From Octopus bimaculoides (Eukaryota): a stretch of 42,074 bases of DNA. Of the stretch, positions 12,898 to 25,028 are shown one piece after another. The DNA is taken from positions 29,835,318 through 29,877,391 of the forward strand of contig NC_068984.1 of assembly GCF_001194135.2 (NCBI RefSeq), read 5' to 3'. The translations under genes and the position numbers were made by a program. Under the pieces are notes generated by a model. The model was not told the origin of the DNA. It saw only the letters and a list, made by a program, of their open reading frames with translations, and did not search any database. The stretch's first letter is position 1, and every line of letters begins with the position of its first letter.

Positions 12898-13770
12898 TTT
12901 GTTTCTTTATTGCCCTCAAGGGGCTAACATAGAGGGGACAGTACAGCCTGATCGGGGTCAGACACACAGATGACTATAATTAAAAGTTTAAATGCGGTTA
13001 TAATGAAATCGAATGAAATACGACATAAAAGACAAAGTTACAAACACACACTGAGGTAGTACAGACAAGTTAAGCTCCGACCCCAGGAGCCCTGTTCTAC
13101 TACCGGCACCTTTCATTAAAACTTATGATATGTTCATGAGGAGTCTCTCACGCACAGCATTCGTGCTACACGCATCCATCTGTCTTTGAACATACTCTCC
13201 GACAGGCATCTTCTCTTCAGCCTCACTTTCCTTTTCAGGTGAAAGGTGAAGAACCTCACGAACCCGAGACCAGAGATGAAGTTGCCTGTCGCCAATCCTT
13301 TCATTCTGGACTTCCATATCACCTCTTTCGCAATTGCTACTACTACAAGAAAGCGATTCTTACCTTCTTTCGTGAGGAAGAATTTTAAAAATTGACTCCG
13401 ACGACAGTTGTACTCTTCTTGAATCCGACAGCAGGTGTTCTGCATAAGTCCACACTTCTGACACTTCCGGACACTGAACCATAGCGTGCAGGACGGTTTC
13501 CCTATCTGCTCACATCTTGGCCAGGCCGAAGGACGGGGCTGGTCGTGTCTGGTGAGCTTATCCCGAACGGGTAAGGATCCAGAGACCTTTGTAAGTTATC
13601 CAAAGTCCTCGGTCCGAATGTCCTTTGGAACAGACTGTCTAACTGGTTATCATCGAGACACAGTATCACCCCCAGGGCATCATCATTTCCAGCCTCTAAC
13701 AACCTGCTATAGAAAGATGCGGTGGTACCAAAACCGCTGGTGCTACCCGAGCGCACTCGGTTCATATAAT
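12898..13770 (-). mobile_element. 5'-truncated Tx1/L1-clade LINE: zinc-knuckle C-terminus, 3' UTR and tail
   Basis: Frameshifted LPVRDKLTRH...WPRCEQ..ETVLHAMVQCPEVSEVW (zf-RVT-like), then LVVVAIAKEVIWKSRMKG...FHLKRKVRLKRR...FKDRW. Ends ...ccccttgagggcAATAAAgaaacaaa. Confidence 0.8.
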
Positions 13771-13885
13771 TACAAGCCTCAACTTACAGCGGTTCAAATA
13801 GAACATTTATAGCATCAATTTCACGAGTTCATATTGCTTGTGAAAGCCATGAGCATTACCCATCCTCCAGGTCAAGTTAAAATAT

Positions 13886-14092
13886 TTGTTATTTCTTTAC
13901 TCCCCACACGGGGCTAAACATAGAGGGGATAAACAAGGACAGTCAAAGGGATTAAGTCGATTACATCGACCCCAGTGCGTAACTGGTATTTAATTTATCG
14001 ACCCCGAAAGGATGAAAGGCAAAGTCGATCTCGGCGGAGTTTGAACTCAGAACGTAACGGCAGACGAAATACCGCTAAGCATTTCGCCCGGC
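13886..14092 (-). mobile_element. SINE family A copy, tail type 2 (shared with the Tx1/L1-like LINE)
   Basis: Family A core gtcgattacatcgaccccagtgcgtaactgg...gaccccgaaaggatgaaaggcaaagtcga; tail matches 12902-12938 at 33/38 columns. Confidence 0.93.
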
Positions 14093-14214
14093 TTAGGATT
14101 GGAGACTACTTCTTAACTAATAATACAATTAGTTGATTTGTTGGAGCCATACTTTTCACTGTCTATTTTTTCATTTTCGGTTATTTCAATTGCTTCAATT
14201 GTTAGCCGCTAAAT

Positions 14215-14380
14215 TGGAAGACCCGGTAGAGTATTGAACAAAATGCATTGCAGTTTTAACTTGCGGTCATTCATGTACCGAGTTTCAGCCTCTTCGAAAT
14301 CAGTTGATCTTTCTTTTTAATGCAGTAAGCAAAACAAAGTACCAGTGAAGTATTGTGATAGATTGCGATTCACCTGATAT
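14215..14380 (+). mobile_element. Old, highly diverged SINE A-like copy
   Basis: Residual aaagtaccagtgaagtattg...gattgcgattc and a decayed head; low identity. Confidence 0.3.
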
Positions 14381-15149
14381 TGATATCTCTTCGGTTTCAC
14401 ACGCAAATGACTACGACTTTTTGCTGCTTACACTTTAAGCGCGATTAAGGTGTAAACACAAACAAACATTGTTCCCATGATGAGCAAAATCTTCAGTTAT
14501 TACTAGTGATGAAAGACATAAAATTTGGACAATGACACTCAAATTCCATAATTAATGTTGTATATCGTTCGACTGTCACTGTGACCAACAGTAGTAATAA
14601 TATAAAAATTACGTATTTAAAACTAATTTCTACCAATGTATTTCTTTATTAAGCGTAATTTCTGCGAAGGTTATTCATTGAGTTTAGATACAGTAAGAAG
14701 CTACTAGTGGGGGGAGAGTGTTTTCAATCTATCCAAATCTTTCACAAATCTCACACTAGCGATTTAATTACGGAAAGGAAATATTAGATAATGAAGATCT
14801 AAATACTTTAAAAAGGTCGGGATCACACAGCTGCAATGCTTTTGATAATAGGTATGCTCGATTACAGCTGACCTGTGGATTAAACCACAAAATAGCATAA
14901 GAGAATACATTAAGAAAAATAATCTTGGATTTAAACACTCATAAACAGCAGGAGAACTTACGTTTCTTAAATTGTTTTCCTCTCAACCAGTTATAGATTA
15001 TGAATACTTAAACTTCATCTTTTCAAAATGCGTTTTGTTTGTGACAGTTTGAATTCGATTGTAAGCACCTATGAATCAGAATTAAGTCCAACTCCAAAAG
15101 AGACGGTTCATCCGCTGGCTTTCTACACTACTTTGGTCTTTCAAATTTA

Positions 15150-15220
15150 ATTCGCAAGGCGTTTGTTAACACGAGGCTGTGGTAGAAAATATTTTACCCA
15201 TTGTATTATGCAGTTGAATT
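15150..15220 (-). mobile_element. Highly diverged SINE B fragment
   Basis: caaggcgtttgttaacacgaggctgtggtagaaaatattttaccc aligns loosely to caaggctttggtcggcccgaggctatagtagaagacacttgccc. Confidence 0.4.
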
Positions 15221-16667
15221 GCGGAAGAAGTCAAATTGTTATTTGCGAAGCAATGTTCGTATCCACATAGAGCCACGTCTGAAACTAAGAGGACAGAAAC
15301 AGAAGATGATGAAGGAAATATAAAATCATCATGATAACGCTAATGTTATTTTTAACCAAGCAATAATGATTATTTCAAATAGATAAATGTGTAATAACAA
15401 TATTAACACTAAGTACAAAAGGGAATATTATGAAGAAGAGAAAGTGAGGACGATGAAGATAAACTAGGAGGAGAAGAAGAAAAGGAAGAACAGAAAACAG
15501 AAGTAGATGAGTTAAAGAACAGCAATGCCAGACGAAAATTAGACGAAGCACAAGAGAAGAAAAGGATAGGAAAATGAAAAGAAAAGTAGAATATGAAGAG
15601 ATGGACATAAAGAATACGTGGAAGTGAGAGATGAGAAAATGAAATTAACAATATTAATGTTGATATTAATAAAACAATCTTAATTATTAAACGCAGGTAA
15701 TATATATTATAGAATAAACGATAGCCCAGGGAAGATTTATATTGTTCTTGCAGTACAGCAGATAATGGCGATTAATTTGTATCTGTGAGTGTGGGAAGGT
15801 TAACTATAGTTCTGATGTTATTGATCACCAATGTGATAATGAGTCAATGTGTAATTAAATTTCCCTCTAATTTAACAATAATGCTTAATAATAGAGAATT
15901 TAAAATATCCTCAACAATATATATGTGTGGTTGTGTGTGTGGTGGGAAAGCATAGTGAGAAATGAGACAAAGGTGGAAATTCTAAAAAAATATTCCGATA
16001 AAAAGCAATTTTCATAAGCTCTATTAAAGTGAAACGAAGAAATTGCAAATATATTCACTGCAACTTCCTTGGTGAATCCACTCAAGCAAAATATACTTTG
16101 ATCCTTTGAAATATTTCTTTGTTTCCGTTGCTTATTTTATTAACGTTTGTTTTCTTTTTTTATTATGTCAAGAGGGGAAAAGCTAAAGAGGCAGAACTGA
16201 TGTGGTGTGTATGCAATTAAAAACAGAATAACTTAATGATATTGCAAAAGTTCGGTCTGTGCCAGACTGCAGCCTAACACATGAATTAATTGCAGAAGAC
16301 ATCAGTAAAGTAAACGATTGGAGCTATTTCAATGCATATGTTTGGTTGACCAAGGACGTTTGAAAGACATGGGCCAGGAAGGAAATCTATGTTTGAAATA
16401 ATTAAATAAATGCAAATTTCTTTTTTTTTTCTTTTCATATTCTTATTCATATAATTTATCTAAAAAAAAAGGGTGCTAGAACGAAAGAGAAAATATTAAC
16501 ATTTAAAAGAAGGAAGGAAATAATTCATACGAAAGAAAAATCATGAATGAATAAGAAGAAAGAAAAATTGAATAAAAAAATCATGACTACAAGTGACAAA
16601 AAAAAAACGGAGATGGAAAATAAGAGAGCAATCCGGAATAACAGAAGGAAAAGAGTGGAAGCTATTG

Positions 16668-16812
16668 GTTTAAAAGTTCTGGCACAAGGCCAGTAATATC
16701 GGGGGAGGGATTAAGTCGACCTCACGGCTCAACTTGTACATATTTTATTGACTCCGAATGGATGAAAGGCAAAGTCGGCCACTGCAAAATGTTAACTCAG
16801 AACTCTAAGCAT
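16668..16812 (-). mobile_element. SINE family A copy (5'-truncated), tandem with the next copy
   Basis: ggcacaaggccag...ttattgactccgaatggatgaaaggcaaagtcgg...aactcagaac. Confidence 0.8.
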
Positions 16813-16815
16813 TTT

Positions 16816-17025
16816 CTTTTCTACTGAAGGCACAAGACCTTGAAATTTTGTGGGAGGGGACTAATCAATTACATTGACCCCAGTATTTCACTTGTACTTT
16901 ATTTATCGACCCCGAAAGGATGAAAGGCAAAGTCGACCCACGCGGAATTTGAACTCAGAGACAGGTGAAATGCCGTTACGCATTCCGCTCGGCGTGCTAA
17001 CGATTCTCCCAGCTCGTCTGTGCCT
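16816..17025 (-). mobile_element. SINE family A copy, tail type 1
   Basis: tttctactgaaggcacaag...atcgaccccgaaaggatgaaaggcaaagtcgac...gcgtgctaacgattctcccagctc. Confidence 0.92.
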
Positions 17026-17181
17026 TGAGAACTGGAAAATATTGGCCCAGTTAAAAAAATATTAAAAACTTAGAAAGAAAGAATAAGATAGAATGATAAA
17101 GAAAAGTAAAATGTAACCTAGTAAACCTAAGTGATGAATATATGGGGAAAAACAATCAGACATACACTCACACATACATGC

Positions 17182-18995
17182 ATTCTTTTATTAGCTTCCG
17201 CACGAGATCTGCGACGATGCTGGAGTACCGCTGTTAGCTTTTGCTACATTTCACTAGTAGAAATCTCTAATATGTGGCATTTGGTGAATGGAGGGAGTTT
17301 GATGTTGCTGTCTTCATCCGTGTTGCTTGCTCCGAGGTGGGTTGATCTGGAACGCCTAACAGGAGGAGATCCAGTTCGGTTTTGATGTCATCTACATCTA
17401 CTCCATGTAAGTCTCAGCTTCTTAGGGAGGATATTGAAGGGCCGTGGATCCTTAGAACCCAAGTTGTTACAGTATCTGTTTCTGTATCCTGACGGCAACG
17501 TTGGGATTTTTGGCAATATGCAGTGGTGTCAATGCCAAAGTTTGCTAACAAGTCTGTCCAGGATTTTCCAGATGTATATCACTGCATATCTTTCCCGCCT
17601 TGGTAATAGGGAGAAGAGTCTTCATTTTATCAGACTCCTCCAGTAACTGACGTGCCAGATTGAGACGATCTTTTTTGTGTAGCTTCGCTGGATTCCACAG
17701 TTAGTTTTATACTGTGTGGTGGCTATAACTGGGAACATTTGCCCTTCAGCAGTTTAGAAAACAACCGAAAACAAATGTTCTCTCGAAGAATACCATGTTT
17801 TCCTGTTCTCTCGGGGACTATCATGGTTTCCTGTTCTTTCGATTTGAAAGTCCTGATGATTCACCTGGCCAGCCACTTGCATTGCATTCTCAACTGAGTA
17901 ATAAGCACCTGAAAGATTCATCATTACTCATATCAGTGCCTAGGTTGCGCACTGATGTTGATTCAGGGATTACAGTCACACTCGAGCAGGTTATGTTATC
18001 TTTCTTTTCCTTATTTCAGTCATTAGACTGCGGCCATGCTGGAGCATCTCCTTGAAGAATTTTTAGCCGAATGTATCGACCTCAGTGCTTACTTTTAATA
18101 AGCCTGGTATTTATTCTTGCGGTTTCTTTTGCCGAACTGCTATACTACGGGGACGTAAATACATCAGCACCGGTTGTCAGGTAGTGGTGGTGGAACGAAC
18201 ACAGACACAAAGACACACACATAAATATATATTTACATATATATCCACCGGGCTTCTTTCAGTTTCCATGTACCAAATCCACTCACAAGGCTTTGGTCGG
18301 CCCGAGGCTATGATAGAAGACACTTGCTCAAAATGCCACGCAGTGTGACTGAAACCGGAATCATGTTAGAAAAGTCGTATAGCCATTCTTCAAGTTCTCC
18401 AACAATGTCGAAATTACGCAGCTTGTGATATATCCTACCACGGTCGAATTTATCAATGACTTTCGCAAAGTCGATATATACCGCATCCACATTTGAGTTG
18501 TTGATCAGCTGTTTTTCATCCACTCGTAGTGCTGTTAGAGCTGCGTCAAATAGTTTTTACTTGGTTGAAAACCATGCTGGACCTCCGTCAGCAAATCATT
18601 CTCTTCAAGGAATGCAATTAGTTCCCTTCAGACTATTTCATTCTATGCGTTTATTGATGTATGAAGTTAGAGAGATAGGCCTATAGTTTTTAGTATCTGC
18701 TTTCGTCTGAGGTCTTACCACTTGCAAGGAAGCTCTGAAAAAGAAACGGCAGAGGTTTTTGCATGAGCTCGTTTGCATGGTTTTAGAAGGATTGCTGGGA
18801 ATCCATCGGGGTCAGCTACTGAGTTTGTATCTACCTCATCTATGACCAGTATCACATCTAGTTAGATGTCGAGTGTTACTGCCGCTCATTATACATCTGC
18901 AGTAATAATGAAAAAAAAATCAACAGGTTTGCTAATTTGCGTGTGCCCTAAGTGGGAGCGGTGAAAACACGTTTGAATTGTTCATGAAGCGTTTT
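17182..18995 (-). mobile_element. CR1-like LINE, 3' half (RT to 3' end), interrupted by SINE B
   Basis: Motifs in order: EQFKRVFTAP, NYRPISLTS, QHGF, VDAVYIDFAK, SVRNLGTDMS, IIRTFKSK, IQRSYTKKI, RERYAVIYIWKIL, FNILPKKLR, LGVPDQP..SNSL; ends ...gcggtactccagcat...taaaagaat. Stops and frameshifts throughout. Confidence 0.88.
18000..18367 (-). mobile_element. SINE family B copy nested in the CR1-like LINE
   Basis: gactgcggccatgctggagc...caaatccactcacaaggctttggtcggcccgaggctatgatagaagacacttgc. Confidence 0.92.
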
Positions 18996-19200
18996 ACTTA
19001 TCTTCATTGCATATACCTAGTAATATTTCTATAAGTGGTGTGAAAATGATATTTACAAATATCAAGTAATTTAGACCCTCGAATGAATTTAACATTGAGG
19101 GTATAGTGAGAGAAGTCTAGAAAAGATATTTCAAATAAGACAAAATCATTTATCCCGAGAAAGATATTGGTAATGCTTGACATTATCATAAAGCACATTT

Positions 19201-19410
19201 AGGCGGCAAGCTGGCTGAATAGTTAGCACGCTGGAGAAAATGGTTAGCAGTATTTCGTCCGTTGCCACGCTCTGAGTCCAAATTCCGGTGAGGTCGACTT
19301 TGCCTTTCATCCTTTCAGGGTCGATAAATTAAGTACTAGTCGATATGATCGACTATCTCCCTCCTCACTAATTCCAGGCCTTGTGCCTATAGTAGAAAGG
19401 ATTATCATAA
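19201..19410 (+). mobile_element. SINE family A copy, full length, tail type 1
   Basis: aggcggcaagctggctgaatagttagcac (A-box), gagtccaaattcc (B-box), gtcgactttgcctttcatcc, tail ccttgtgcctatagtagaaaggattatc. Confidence 0.92.
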
Positions 19411-22400
19411 CGCACATTAGTTTCTAGGAAAAATGAAACGATTTGTTTAAAAAATTATTTGAGTTAAATAATCGAATGGATTCAATATTTCTTAAATGGA
19501 ATAAATTTGAACTTTAACTAATAAAAACTATAATAAAATGCAAAAATTATATTGTAGATGTATTAAATTTCAAGTTTATATATTATTTACAACTACGAAG
19601 AGATGGTTATACGTGACGTGTCAAAAACTACCAATCTTATGTGATTAACTATGAAAGTAGGTGTGAAGGATTTATTGTTGTTTTCTATTTTAAAAGCTCA
19701 ACCTGATATAAGACCCCTTTTAGCTGAGTGTACCGTATTGTCAAGTCACTCAATACGTACCCGTTTTTCTCTTTTTCTATAAACTACTAACAATACAAAA
19801 GCCACATCAGGGAGAGGAATGAATCTCTTTGACATAATACATTTACTTTTACCATCATCTGAACTATGACAATCGAGTTGTTGCAACTAACTTGGTAGCT
19901 TCAATATTTAGCATTATTTTAAGTTCAACGCAGGAGTTTCGATGCATTTCTGGACAAGTCACTTAATTTCTCATTTCCTTGTAACAACCTGTCACAACTA
20001 TGACCCGAAAATTTCTTTTAAGTAAAATTATTTTACATAGTCTTCAAGGATCATTGCTTAGAACTACGAAACTATGATTTTGGATTATTCCCACGGATAC
20101 TTATAACCTGACAATTGATTTAATTTTAAATGAAATATTTTACATCAGTATTTTTTTAATTCATAATTGTCTACTTTGTCAAAAATATATAAAAAGAAAT
20201 GTAAATATGAATGGCCAACTACACAATTTAACATACTTTCATTATCAATTTATTGATGTATTAAACGTCAACTATGTACGATATATATACACTATTTACT
20301 TTGAAGATTATAGGTGAAAATAATATACACTTTTGTGCATGAAATAGTTTCGTTTTCTAGACTGCCCTCGTTTTATTTTTAAATTACATGTTCAAGTTTT
20401 ATATGAAAGCATTAGTCTTAAATTCATCACCTATTAAATATTCCAACTGTAATATCAACTTTTTAGTATTTTACGCATATTTAATTCTATAAGCATCCTT
20501 TTAGAAGACAAAGTTACTTCATGTTTCGAATTCTTTCGGATTCAGTTTCGAATTAGAGATTACTTTGAAAGGTTCGTGCTGTCTAGAAAAAAACAAAGTA
20601 TTTAGATACAATCTGTGACGATATACTTTGCCAATCATCTTTCGTTTATCATATTAAATAAATATCGGGGAATAAACTAAAATAAAATTTCAAAAGAAGT
20701 TTGAAGAAGAAATCTTTATACTTTATAAAATAAGGGGAGGTGGTGTAGTGTCCAACAGTCTTAATCACATTTAGTTTATTTGTACGCAGTCTTGTTCATA
20801 TGGATTAAGCCAAATATATTTCAAAGAGAAATTTTCACGGTACACTACAGTCTACACTCAAGAATATATATTTAGTTTTCGTGACGTTAGGCATAGAGAT
20901 AACACACCTCTCACCGATTTCGAAGTCAGTTGGTTTCAGAAAATTTAACTAGAAATCTAGCTTAACGTTATTGAACATCAAATTGTTGCAACCTGATATA
21001 TTTAGTTAAACAACATACACTAGGCAGCAGGGAGCAGCATTAGTGACTGGATGCAACCACTGATATCTCAGCCTGCCATTCTAAATGCTGTACAATTAAT
21101 CATCGAAAGTAACCTGAAGAAAAAAAATTGAAAGTACATATATTAGCATTCTCCATGTTTTCTCATTTCAACATAATTTATTTTTGCTAGTAGACACTAA
21201 TTCATAGTATTTCCAAATTCACGTTTCTTTTATCTAAATAATGACTTTTGGTTCAAGACAGATTTCAGTACATATCAAATCTAGAACGCATTTGTGTATC
21301 GTGTCTGCTAAAGAATAATCCGAAACTGGTTACCCTAAACACGAGCCATAATCTTTTATCTTCATGTAATGCTCTAAACGTGATTGTCTTAGTGTTTAAT
21401 TCTCATTTCTACATCGATATAAAGGTTTCCAATTAATGCTCTCTAGTATTAAACAATCATTATCTTAAATTAATGTTTAATTTGGCGTAATTTTCGAAGT
21501 GTTTCTGAAGCCAATGTGTTCTTAAATACTCAGTTGACTAGCAATTGTCAGAGAATCGGTTGGAATACTATCTCACATATGTTGAACAACAATGACGTTT
21601 CATATAGACATAATACATATTATCTTCAATCTTTTCACAATTCAAATCAACGAATGTTAACAACATTGCTGATTAGCAGTCCTTTTCCAGGAAGAAAGTA
21701 ACACAAATATGCGCCTATATGTAGACACGCACATAATATATGCATACATTTTGATGAGTATGACTGATTGTGTGTGAGTGTTTACAAGTGAGAGAGAGAG
21801 GGGAGAGAGAGAGACAAAGGAGGAGAAACAGAGAAAGTGAGTTTTCTGTTTTAGATAATGTCGCAAATATATGCCAAACTGTCCTAACATTGCATCTTCT
21901 AATTTTTCAAAATGTACGAGATGTTAATTATACTCTTATCGCAGATATTGACGTTATCTCAGATCCATTTACAATTTAGAATTACAAGAAACGTGTCAAA
22001 CTAAGAAATCAATGGTAAATTGGCAGATAAAATGCTGGACTACTTGCTTACCTTCACCTTAAGGTATGGAAGGACTTCTTCAGAAAGATGTCAAGATGAA
22101 TTTAACACACTTCATCGCCTGCTGAAGAATTGTAAGACAAAACAAAACGAAAACAACTCTAGGTAGTGCAGTTAGCTTTAGCCAACGCCGAAAGAAGTAT
22201 GCCACATACCTGAATATATATTAGTTGTGGAACAACCATTTTCTAAATAAAAATATTTTTTATTCAAATATAATATTGAGAATTTACAAATGCTATGTCA
22301 TGCAATTATATTACTTCATGAACTGGTAGCATGTTGTTGCACCACTTTATAAGTAAAATATACTGAATTGCCGTCCATCACATAGAAGAAGTAGGTGAAC

Positions 22401-22480
22401 AAGGCTGCTATATAATATGAAACACTATTAACTGAACAAGCTGTCTGATATCTAACAGACTCGTTATCTTCCGTAGATTA

Positions 22481-22705
22481 CGGGGTGGCCCAAAAGTAGG
22501 TTTACAGTTATCACGTAGGCACTTAAAATTTTTTTAAACAATTTATTACATTTAAATTTCTATCTTACAAACTGAAAAGGGAGCCTGAAAAATTAACCAA
22601 ATTAGCATAGAATAAAGGTTTCATATTTTTTTTTATAATGAAGATCTAAACTGTTAATATATGAATGCGAAAGAGATAGTTGAAAAACTGTAAACCTACA
22701 TTTGG
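22481..22705. mobile_element. Tc1/mariner-type MITE remnant
   Basis: TA|cggggtggcccaaaagtaggtttacagt on the left; actgtaaacctacatttgg (22687-22705) is an 18/19 inverted match. The outer part of the right TIR is missing. Confidence 0.65.
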
Positions 22706-22829
22706 AAATGTTTCTGATAAATTGCATATGCAAAACCAGTGATTTTTATTGAAGTGCCTAAAATTCGTCTTACGTAAGTTTTCAGTCAATTTAACCAGAA
22801 TTGGTTTGGATGTACATATAAACAAATGT

Positions 22830-23400
22830 GTAAGCCGTATCAAGGCTGCCGCAACGGTAGTTCGCCTGCACAGGCCAGAAAAATCGCAATAAATGAAGAT
22901 GTAAAATCTTTAAAAGAGACAGAAACTCGACTTGAAAACTATCGAAACAGGCATACAAAACTGTGAGCAGCAGAGACATCCACCCAGTCAACAACAGGCA
23001 AAGGTATGCATTTTGAAATTCATTGTCAAGTAGATATTTTGTAAGTCTGCCTGAAAGAAGCATGATTGATTTTCTTCAAACAAGGCCGATCGCACTCTGA
23101 GCAAACAAATAGCAAACATTAAACCTAGTGTTTCAGTATGACAAATTCACCAATTCTGACAAGGATCTTCAGCTCAGAGAGAAGAAATGTCAGCCATCTG
23201 CAAACATTGTGAAGCTAAATGGTATATTAAATCAACAGAGATGTATTGTATTGGAGGCAAAGTACCTCTACCATATATTTTGCATCTGCAGATGAATTTG
23301 GAGAATAGGGACAAAGTTTATTTCACAGAAAATGGGACATCGCAGCGCTCTCGCTATACACTTAGGCTAAAAATAGTTGCTTTCTTCGTGTTGTGAAAAT
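22830..23400 (+). mobile_element. Helitron Rep N-terminal fragment, internally deleted
   Basis: ETRLENYRNR..AAET (STPR-like repeat), VFQYD, MSAICKHCEAKW...MYCIGGKVPLP, joined to LENRDKVYFTENG...VAFF, which normally lies far downstream in Helitron Rep. Confidence 0.75.
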
Positions 23401-24613
23401 CAGATAGCTTCACATGAAATATTTAATGCAAAGGGGTTAATTAGAAGAGGAAGAAAGAAAATTCATTAACAGCCCGCCAAGAAAGAAAGGCTAATCAAAC
23501 ATAAGCAACTTATCATCAGATCACGGGATGTATTACATCATGCGATACTGTATATGTCAACAACTCCGAAATTTTTGTCCGAGTTTGCTCCAACATTCGA
23601 GGATCAAAAGTATGTTACTGGATATGTCTGTAAGCACACATTGGTGAAAAAGACCGATTTAAAAAATTTTTTTTAGAGAATGAGTTTGTTAGATGATACA
23701 GACTGAAACAACAGCTTCAAAAAGACTGAAATCATATGTACTGTAGCTAAACCAGCAGATCTATGCTTTTTCAAGGTCCACTCAATGTTACATGCACACA
23801 TGCTCTTGCAAGTGATCATTTCTTTCGCCAGGATACCAAATCGTAGAACAGTGAAGTGTCATCAATTCCAAGAGCCCTATCTAAGCAAAGATTCATTCTG
23901 TTGCAATTTATTCTGATTTATGTGTTGGATATAACTTTAGAATTAGAATAAAATATAGATAGTATTTTTTCTGCAGCTATGAAATTAAAATTAACCGTAA
24001 ACTTTGTCACAGAAAAGGATACATCATAGAAAGCAAAAAGAAACATTGAAATTTTCTGCATGAAAATAAACGTACATGCATATAGAAAACAACTCTCGTT
24101 AACAAAATGAAATTTGTTGGCACCCAGAAAACGCCTGGTAGCTGTTAGTTATATAATAACGATATAAATTCCAAATTAATTATAATCTGAAAGAACATAG
24201 AGAATATAAGATAACTGAAAGGAAGGTACCTTCGAGTAAATTATAAGTGTTCGTGTTATTTTAGAAACTCATTTGTTTATTTCTTTATAATTATTATGTA
24301 TTTCCTTCCTTATATCGATGCATTATTTACAATAAATTAATTGACATTTTCCACAGCTCTTCTGAAAGAGAAATCAGAATGTAATATGTCAAATAATGTC
24401 TTTCACTCTGGAATCTATCTAGTTAGAGTATATATCTAGTTAGAGTATATTTTGGCATTTAGAGAGGAAAGTGCATGTCCAAGTAACATATAATCTTATA
24501 CAATTACATGCGAGTAACATATACATATACTCTTATATAACTACACGCGAGCGCATACGTACAAAGGGATAGTTGAACAGCGAAGTCAATCAGGAAAAGC
24601 TTACAAGAAAATA

Positions 24614-24770
24614 CGAGAGGGTACCCAAATGTAACCGGAAACGTTCCCTGTAGGGCAAGCTAGTTGATGTAACTTTCAGGAAACTCTCTGCCGACCAGCG
24701 TCTTCGTACGGAGCTGTACTGCCTCGTGGAGTGTCATTATTTTTCGGTGCTACATCCTGTTCATTGATAT
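24614..24770 (+). mobile_element. Solo mariner-like left end
   Basis: TA|cgagagggtacccaaatgtaaccggaa resembles a mariner TIR; no partner TIR seen; abuts a SINE A copy. Confidence 0.35.
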
Positions 24771-24780
24771 TTAGCAGCAA

Positions 24781-24940
24781 TCCGTCCGTCTTCGTGTTCT
24801 GAGTTCAAATTCCGCCGGGGTCGACTTTACCTTTCATCATTTCTGGGTCAATGAATTAAGTACCAGTGAAACACTGGCGTCGATATAATTGACTAGTCCC
24901 CTTCCTTCAAATTTCGGGCTTTGTGCCTTTAGTAGAAAGG

Positions 24941-25000
<60 letters not shown>
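24781..25000 (+). mobile_element. SINE family A copy (5'-truncated), tail type 1 with long (ATT)n
   Basis: gttctgagttcaaattccgccggggtcgactttacc...ctttgtgcctttagtagaaagg(att)n. Confidence 0.92.
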
Positions 25001-25004
<4 letters not shown>

Positions 25005-25028
25005 TTTAAGAAGATTGACGTAACTCAT

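Noticed and set aside
21855-21979. Cadherin-like NVRDVNYT after a strong plus-strand acceptor
   Set aside because: It lacks DxNDNxP and other cadherin motifs, and the frame ends in a stop with no donor.
5662-24445. Short tandem duplications (16-bp at 5662-5701, 27-bp at 10020-10074, 17-bp at ~24416-24450, ~27-bp at ~17778-17826)
   Set aside because: Only two to three units without unique spacers; ordinary slippage, not CRISPR or satellite.
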